A stretch of 64,000 nucleotides of DNA, taken from Ranitomeya imitator (Eukaryota). Positions 26,801 to 35,800 of the stretch are shown here, in pieces; the stretch's first letter is position 1, and every line of letters begins with the position of its first letter. Made by a program: the position numbers and the translations under genes. The stretch spans positions 658,068,001 to 658,132,000 of the forward strand of contig NC_091285.1 of the NCBI RefSeq assembly GCF_032444005.1, read 5' to 3'. The notes beneath the pieces were generated by a model, which saw nothing but the letters and a program-made list of their open reading frames with translations, had not been told where the DNA came from and made no database searches.

Positions 26801-29800
26801 CCAGCTTCATCGCTAGCAACTCCCTGTTCCCAATGGAATAATTCCTCTCCGCAGGTGTGAAGGTCTTGGAGAAGAAGAAGCACGGATGCTTCCGACCTTG
26901 AGCATCCTTTTGGAAGAGGACTGCTCCTGCACCAACGGAAGAGGCATCCACCTCCATTATGAACGGCTTATCAACATCGGGACGATGTAGGATGGGAGCG
27001 CTAGCAAAACGGGACTTAATAGAAGAAAAGGCCCTGGAGACCTCTTCAGACCACAATTTGGGATTTGCTCCCTTCTTGGTGAGGGCTACCAAGGGAGCTA
27101 CCAAAGTTGATAAGTGGGGAATGAACTGGCGGTAATAATTAATGAACCCCATAAAGCGCTGCACCGCTTTAACAGAATGGGGTTCTTGCCAGTCCATCAC
27201 AGCCTGTAATTTGGCAGGATCCATAGCTAATCCCTGGGCGGAGATGATATAGCCCAGGAAAGGTAAAGACTCCTGCTCAAACATACACTTCTCCAACTTT
27301 GCGTGGAGAGAATTTGCCCGTAAGAGGTCGAAGACTCTGCCAACATCTCTCCGGTGGGAGTCAATATCTGGAGAAAAGATGAGAATAACATCCAGATAGA
27401 CTACGACCGAGGTGGAAAGCATATCCCGGAAAATGTCGTTGACAAAATCTTGGAAAACGGCTGGGGCATTGCAGAGCCCGAAGCGCATCACCAGATACTC
27501 ATAGTGCCCATCTCTGGTGTTAAACGCCGTCTTCCATTCGTCCCCCTCACGGATGCGAATCAGGTTATAAGCACCCCGCAGATCTAATTTGGTAAATACC
27601 TTAGCTCCCCTTAGCCTATCAAAAAGCTCAGAAATCAGGGGCAGCGGGTACTTATTCTTAACGGTGATGGCGTTAAGACCCCTGTAATCTATGCAAGGAT
27701 GTAATTCTCCATTCTTCTTCTGCACGAAGAAGAACCCTACCCCTGCTGGTGACACTGACTTCCTAATGAACCCTCTTGCCAAATTTTCCTGGATGTATTG
27801 GGACATAGTCTTTGGTGAGAGAAGAGAGATCTGCGGGTAACTCAGTGGTGGAAACCTGAACGCACTCTTTCACACATCTGCCCTTACAGGATTCACTCCA
27901 ACCCAATATCCTCCCAGAGGACCACTCAATATGTGGGGAGTGGAAACGGAGCCAGGGTATTCCCAGCAGAATCTCATCCATTCCCTCGGGAAGGACAAGA
28001 AGGGAAACTATCTCCTTGTGGGATGGGGACATAGCTAACGTGAAAGGGACAGTCTGGTGTGTGATCTGAGATGGAAGTGTTGACCCGTTCACTACTCTAA
28101 CAGTCACCGGTTTGGCGAGCATCCCCAGAGGTATTGCATGGCGCAGAGCAAAAGCCGAGGACATGAAATTCCCCTCAGCTCCGGAGTCCACACAAAGTTC
28201 GACTGTTAGAGAGTAAGATCTTAATATGATTGTCCCCTTGAATGACAGCTTGGAGGAAAATGCCGCTGTGTCTAGATAACCTCCTCCAACGGTTACTAGA
28301 CGTGATTGTTTACCCAACCGCCGTGGACATTTATTGGCATAATGTCCCTCTTGTTGGCAATTTCTGCAAACTATGGGTACTCGAGCAGTCCGAGACTTAG
28401 GTCCCACTCGAGAAACCTCCATGGCCTAATGGGAGTCGGACGCCTGAACGGAAGATTCTAGAGGTCTGGCGAAGGTGGGAGCCAGCCGAAACCTCTGCCT
28501 ACACTGGGCCCGCTCCAACCTCCGCTCGTTAAAACGGAGGCCAATGCGGGTAGATATAGAAATAAGCTCCTCCAGTGTGGCGGGAATCTCCCTGGTGGCC
28601 AAGGCGTCCTTCACATGGTCTGCCAGTCCTCTCCAGAACACCGGAATAAGGACTTTATCCGGCCACTCCAGCTCCAAGACCAGAGTCCAGAATTGGACGG
28701 CGAACTGGCTGACCATGGACGAACCCTGGGTTGTTGCCAACAATTGGAGTGCGGTATCATGGGTGACACGAGGTCCCAAAAAGACCTGTTTCAGAGTGTC
28801 CAGGAAGAGAGGAGCACTCTGCACCACACGATCATTGAAGACACAAAAGAGAATAGTGAAACCAAAAACACTCAGTTTGAAAAAATGTTGCAGTAATCCG
28901 CAAGTGCTAGTAAAAGATGTAAAAAACAGGGTATTTGGTTGATACGTTTTTTGCAAAAAATGTATACTAAGCTGCTCTACCAATCTTCACGGTATACCCT
29001 TATCAGAGCAGTCCTAACTAATGTATGCAATCCCTATCTGATGTATTTAAAAACCTGATCATCTGTATATAACCTGTGTGAACAGGGTTCAGAGAGGAAA
29101 AATCCATGTGTGCATACAGGGTAGAACAGCTTTTGTGCAGATAGCCCAAGAGGAGTGGTGGAACTCCCCAGTCTTGTAGACACAAGAGAACAATTATGGA
29201 AACAGGAACACATGGGCTACTTGCACAGTGAACAAGTCTGTATGATCATGTTCACACACCACCAAGAAACCTGAAGACACAAAAGAGAATAGTGAAACCA
29301 AAAACACTCAGTTTGAAAAAATGTTGCAGTAATCCGCAAGTGCTAGTAAAAGATGTAAAAAACAGGGTATTTGGTTGATACGTTTTTTGCAAAAAATGTA
29401 TACTAAGCTGCTCTACCAATCTTCACGGTATACCCTTATCAGAGCAGTCCTAACTAATGTATGCAATCCCTATCTGATGTATTTAAAAACCTGATCATCT
29501 GTATATAACCTGTGTGAACAGGGTTCAGAGAGGAAAAATCCATGTGTGCATACAGGGTAGAACAGCTTTTGTGCAGATAGCCCAAGAGGAGTGGTGGAAC
29601 TCCCCAGTCTTGTAGACACAAGAGAACAATTATGGAAACAGGAACACATGGGCTACTTGCACAGTGAACAAGTCTGTATGATCATGTTCACACACCACCA
29701 AGAAACCTGAAGACACAAAAGAGAATAGTGAAACCAAAAACACTCAGTTTGAAAAAATGTTGCAGTAATCCGCAAGTGCTAGTAAAAGATGTAAAAAACA

Positions 29801-32800
29801 GGGTATTTGGTTGATACGTTTTTTGCAAAAAATGTATACTAAGCTGCTCTACCAATCTTCACGGTATACCCTTATCAGAGCAGTCCTAACTAATGTATGC
29901 AATCCCTATCTGATGTATTTAAAAACCTGATCATCTGTATATAACCTGTGTGAACAGGGTTCAGAGAGGAAAAATCCATGTGTGCATACAGGGTAGAACA
30001 GCTTTTGTGCAGATAGCCCAAGAGGAGTGGTGGAACTCCCCAGTCTTGTAGACACAAGAGAACAATTATGGAAACAGGAACACATGGGCTACTTGCACAG
30101 TGAACAAGTCTGTATGATCATGTTCACACACCACCAAGAAACCTGAAGACACAAAAGAGAATAGTGAAACCAAAAACACTCAGTTTGAAAAAATGTTGCA
30201 GTAATCCGCAAGTGCTAGTAAAAGATGTAAAAAACAGGGTATTTGGTTGATACGTTTTTTGCAAAAAATGTATACTAAGCTGCTCTACCAATCTTCACGG
30301 TATACCCTTATCAGAGCAGTCCTAACTAATGTATGCAATCCCTATCTGATGTATTTAAAAACCTGATCATCTGTATATAACCTGTGTGAACAGGGTTCAG
30401 AGAGGAAAAATCCATGTGTGCATACAGGGTAGAACAGCTTTTGTGCAGATAGCCCAAGAGGAGTGGTGGAACTCCCCAGTCTTGTAGACACAAGAGAACA
30501 ATTATGGAAACAGGAACACATGGGCTACTTGCACAGTGAACAAGTCTGTATGATCATGTTCACACACCACCAAGAAACCTGAAGACACAAAAGAGAATAG
30601 TGAAACCAAAAACACTCAGTTTGAAAAAATGTTGCAGTAATCCGCAAGTGCTAGTAAAAGATGTAAAAAACAGGGTATTTGGTTGATACGTTTTTTGCAA
30701 AAAATGTATACTAAGCTGCTCTACCAATCTTCACGGTATACCCTTATCAGAGCAGTCCTAACTAATGTATGCAATCCCTATCTGATGTATTTAAAAACCT
30801 GATCATCTGTATATAACCTGTGTGAACAGGGTTCAGAGAGGAAAAATCCATGTGTGCATACAGGGTAGAACAGCTTTTGTGCAGATAGCCCAAGAGGAGT
30901 GGTGGAACTCCCCAGTCTTGTAGACACAAGAGAACAATTATGGAAACAGGAACACATGGGCTACTTGCACAGTGAACAAGTCTGTATGATCATGTTCACA
31001 CACCACCAAGAAACCTGAAGACACAAAAGAGAATAGTGAAACCAAAAACACTCAGTTTGAAAAAATGTTGCAGTAATCCGCAAGTGCTAGTAAAAGATGT
31101 AAAAAACAGGGTATTTGGTTGATACGTTTTTTGCAAAAAATGTATACTAAGCTGCTCTACCAATCTTCACGGTGTACCCTTATCAGAGCAGTCCTAACTA
31201 ATGTATGCAATCCCTATCTGATGTATTTAAAAACCTGATCATCTGTATATAACCTGTGTGAACAGGGTTCAGAGAGGAAAAATCCATGTGTGCATACAGG
31301 GTAGAACAGCTTTTGTGCAGATAGCCCAAGAGGAGTGGTGGAACTCCCCAGTCTTGTAGACACAAGAGAACAATTATGGAAACAGGAACACATGGGCTAC
31401 TTGCACAGTGAACAAGTCTGTATGATCATGTTCACACACCACCAAGAAACCTGAAGACACAAAAGAGAATAGTGAAACCAAAAACACTCAGTTTGAAAAA
31501 ATGTTGCAGTAATCCGCAAGTGCTAGTAAAAGATGTAAAAAACAGGGTATTTGGTTGATACGTTTTTTGCAAAAAATGTATACTAAGCTGCTCTACCAAT
31601 CTTCACGGTATAACCTTATCAGAGCAGTCCTAACTAATGTATGCAATCCCTATCTGATGTATTTAAAAACCTGATCATCTGTATATAACCTGTGTGAACA
31701 GGGTTCAGAGAGGAAAAATCCATGTGTGCATACAGGGTAGAACAGCTTTTGTGCAGATAGCCCAAGAGGAGTGGTGGAACTCCCCAGTCTTGTAGACACA
31801 AGAGAACAATTATGGAAACAGGAACACATGGGCTACTTGCACAGTGAACAAGTCTGTATGATCATGTTCACACACCACCAAGAAACCTGAAGACACAAAA
31901 GAGAATAGTGAAACCAAAAACACTCAGTTTGAAAAAATGTTGCAGTAATCCGCAAGTGCTAGTAAAAGATGTAAAAAACAGGGTATTTGGTTGATACGTT
32001 TTTTGCAAAAAATGTATACTAAGCTGCTCTACCAATCTTCACGGTATACCCTTATCAGAGCAGTCCTAACTAATGTATGCAATCCCTATCTGATGTATTT
32101 AAAAACCTGATCATCTGTATATAACCTGTGTGAACAGGGTTCAGAGAGGAAAGATCCATGTGTGCATACAGGGTAGAACAGCTTTTGTGCAGATAGCCCA
32201 AGAGGAGTGGTGGAACTCCCCAGTCTTGTAGACACAAGAGAACAATTATGGAAACAGGAACACATGGGCTACTTGCACAGTGAACAAGTCTGTATGATCA
32301 TGTTCACACACCACCAAGAAACCTGAAGACACAAAAGAGAATAGTGAAACCAAAAACACTCAGTTTGAAAAAATGTTGCAGTAATCCGCAAGTGCTAGTA
32401 AAAGATGTAAAAAACAGGGTATTTGGTTGATACGTTTTTTGCAAAAAATGTATACTAAGCTGCTCTACCAATCTTCACGGTATACCCTTATCAGAGCAGT
32501 CCTAACTAATGTATGCAATCCCTATCTGATGTATTTAAAAACCTGATCATCTGTATATAACCTGTGTGAACAGGGTTCAGAGAGGAAAAATCCATGTGTG
32601 CATACAGGGTAGAACAGCTTTTGTGCAGATAGCCCAAGAGGAGTGGTGGAACTCCCCAGTCTTGTAGACACAAGAGAACAATTATGGAAACAGGAACACA
32701 TGGGCTACTTGCACAGTGAACAAGTCTGTATGATCATGTTCACACACCACCAAGAAACCTGAAGACACAAAAGAGAATAGTGAAACCAAAAACACTCAGT

Positions 32801-35800
32801 TCATTGCGCTCCCATAGCGGCGTTGCCCACTCCAACGCCCTGCCCGACAAAAGGGATAAAATAAATCCCACTTTTGCCCGTTCCGTAGGAAAACGTGCAG
32901 CCAGAAGCTCAAGATGTATGGAGCACTGACTCACGAATCCCCGACATTGCTTACTGTCACCAGCAAACTTGTCTGGAAGCGGGAGACGGGATGAAGTCAG
33001 AGCAGGGGTGGCAGAGGACAAACTGGCTGCAGCTACACTTGCAGCCTGAACAGCGACTGCGGTAACATCCACAGCTGAGGTTGTGCGCTCGAGAGCCGCC
33101 AACCTACCCTCCAGCTGCTGGATGTACCGCTGTAAACACTGACCGTCCGCCATTTACTAGCCAGACCCTGGCGCTAGTATACTGTTAGGGCTAGCGGAAC
33201 GTACCGAGAAAATAGAGATGTTTATTATGAAAGGTGCGTTCGCAGCCCGGGGTCCACCGTGCAGGAGGAACCTGCTGCTAGCCAATGGCGGCACTGTTAG
33301 GCGGTATAGGCTAGTTCTGTTACTCCACAGAGTAGCCATGAAAGGGAAGCCCTGCGCCCTGTGAGCCTCACAGGAGCACAAGCTTACTGCCAAGCTGATA
33401 GCAGTCAGTAGTTATGTAACATGCAATCTCCTCACCGGAGAAGACGGTATTCTAGGGGCTTATTTCAGCCGGGTCCCTGAACACACTCATACAATCTCCT
33501 CACCGGAGGTGCCGGTATTCTAGGGGCTTATTTCAGCCGGGTCCCTGAACACACTCATACATAACCACACTGGCGCAAAACACATATATGAATTGATACT
33601 AGCGCATGGCCGTGCGGCCATGCGAGCCTTAAATAGCTGCAGCACGTTTAGGACCTTTCAAAGAAGGACCAATGGAGAGCTGCAGCACCTGAGCATGTGA
33701 CCCCAGATCTCCACTGAGAGATCTTGCCCTGGGCATGCTCAGAGTGCAAAGCAGGATTTAGTCCTAGCACCTACAAGGACCTTAGCTGCAGTATCTGATC
33801 ATGTGACCCTTGATCTCCACTGAGAGATCTTACTCTGGTCATGCTCAGAATGTGAAAAGCAGGACTTAGCCCCAGAAGCGTCCGCTCGCCGCTGCCCAGC
33901 ACTGACTTCAATGGCAGAAGCAGGAAATGCAGCAGTAACTCTTAGCACAGAGTGAGACTGAGCGAGACGCTGGGATCGACGTCTCCGCTGAGCAGGCTCC
34001 ACTGCGGCAGGAGAAGAATGGGAGACTGCAGCAGAGATGGCCCGAGATTCCCCCTGTGCAGAGGCAGGAACTCGACCCCTAACATATACCAAACACAAAT
34101 CAGGACTATAAGATCATGGATTACTTTTCATGTACAACTTCCAATGTGGGGTACAATGTGCAAGGTGCTCTGGAGGTACTATATCTATATTGAGGAAATC
34201 CTGCTTTGAGCAGGGGGTTGGACCAGATGACCCAGGAGGTCCCTTCCAACTCTACCATTCTATGATTCTATGAAACGATGCAAAAACTACAACCGAGGAT
34301 GACACAGACAAATAACCGGGAATGAACTGGACATGCCAATGGGAAAACATTTCTCTGGACCTGGAGACTTGCAAGAAATACACACGCATTTTTTTCATTT
34401 CAGCCCATTGAGCCATTAAATTAATTGGGGAAAAGCAGTGAGAAATGTTAAGCCATACCCATGTCATACGGATGTCATAGGCATGTCATACGGATACTTA
34501 GATGCGAGGAAATCGCATTATCGCAATGCAAACGGATTACACATGGCTGACCATATGGAGAACTTTTGTGCCACTATCGGCTGAGAGAATCGGACCGATT
34601 TTTCATACGTTAAGTGTGACACTTATATCAAATATAACAGGATGGCAACCTTGTTTGCTCCCATTTGCATAAAGTTATCATTGGCAGTATGTGCGGAGGA
34701 AAGTCTCATACTGTTTCATTATTCTCGGCAGCACATCCTCTTGAAACTGGATGATGAGTTGCTGATAACGAATATTTTAATACCCACATAAAAGACGTGG
34801 TAAAGCAACAAACACCCATTTCATTTGTCCTTTACTCAGACACACTTATACATAGGACAATGATACGGGAGGATCACTGATGGTTGAACCCTTCCTCTTT
34901 GCTTCTAGGTGTCTCCTTTCTCAAGCGGTAGATAGGAGGTAGCAAAACTCCATGCTTTTTGCCCCGAGTGACAAATATCAACACCGTAATTGGAGGCCCA
35001 TGTAGATCTTTAGTAGGTGTGAAATTTGCTTGTATACAATGTTATGTGGTATTTCCTGCAGGTTATCGTGGTGGTACCATTGTATAGAATTGTTATTTAG
35101 AACACGGTATGTCAGTGTTATTTATTGCCATTGAATGCGAAGTTACACTACTTGGAACAATTAGTTACTGAATGATCTAGTGATTTATATGCTAACGTAA
35201 CAGATGGAGAGACCAGCCCATAATGCTTCTGTATCTCAACATAAAAAATACATAGAAGTGATAAACTTTGTAACATCCCTGAACTTTCTGTAATATCCAG
35301 ACTTTGCAAAACTGTTTTTAGTCCATTTTATACAGTCTCGCCTCGGAAGTCTATGAAAAAAAGGTTTATTCTTTAGTTTCTTTATTTGCCCCCCACAGAG
35401 ATTTATTGGTGCAAAAACAGGTGATAGAGCTTATTGGATTGGTCTAACTGACAATGAGGCGGAAGGAAACTGGACATGGGTCGATGGAACAGACTACAAA
35501 TCATCATATAAGTAAGTTTTGTAACTCCCTGATTATCTATGGTTATATGGTGTAGTGCAGCGGTGCTCACCATGTGCAGTGATGAGGCAGTGACCTAGGA
35601 AAGCTACAAAGTAAATGTAATTTAATGTTCCGTATACTCACAAACAAAGCAACAAAAAAAACCGTCCATGTGAGTCTGGCTGCCGAGGGCAACTGCACCA
35701 CTGTATCATGCTTCGGAGTGCCAGGAGTTTGCTCAGCTGGCTCTCTGGTAACTCACATAGGCTGTGCTTCTGCAGAGCCATCTGCTCTGCAAGTTGCAAA

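Larger units (their letters stand above)
24291..34084 (-). mobile_element. Chromodomain Gypsy (Tf1/sushi-like) LTR retrotransposon, decayed, gag split by tandem array
   Basis: LTRs 24291-25190 and 33183-34084 (TG...CA), probable TSD AATAC/TATAC, PPT next to 25191; gag, CCHC knuckle, protease DSG, RT, RNase H, integrase and chromodomain in frameshifted ORFs. Confidence 0.95.

Noticed and set aside
28426-28983. 185-aa ORF as a real protein
   Set aside because: Chimeric: its first ~50 residues come from the array unit and the rest is gag.
29271-29313. Plus-strand hammerhead in the unit (CTGAAGA...GAAA)
   Set aside because: Stem II lacks a closing pair and no NUH triplet aligns with a stem I; probably chance, although it coincides with the terminal overhang.
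28838-32800. CRISPR array or native satellite
   Set aside because: Units are contiguous and identical with no unique spacers, no cas genes, eukaryotic context; it is a discrete TSD-flanked insertion in gag.
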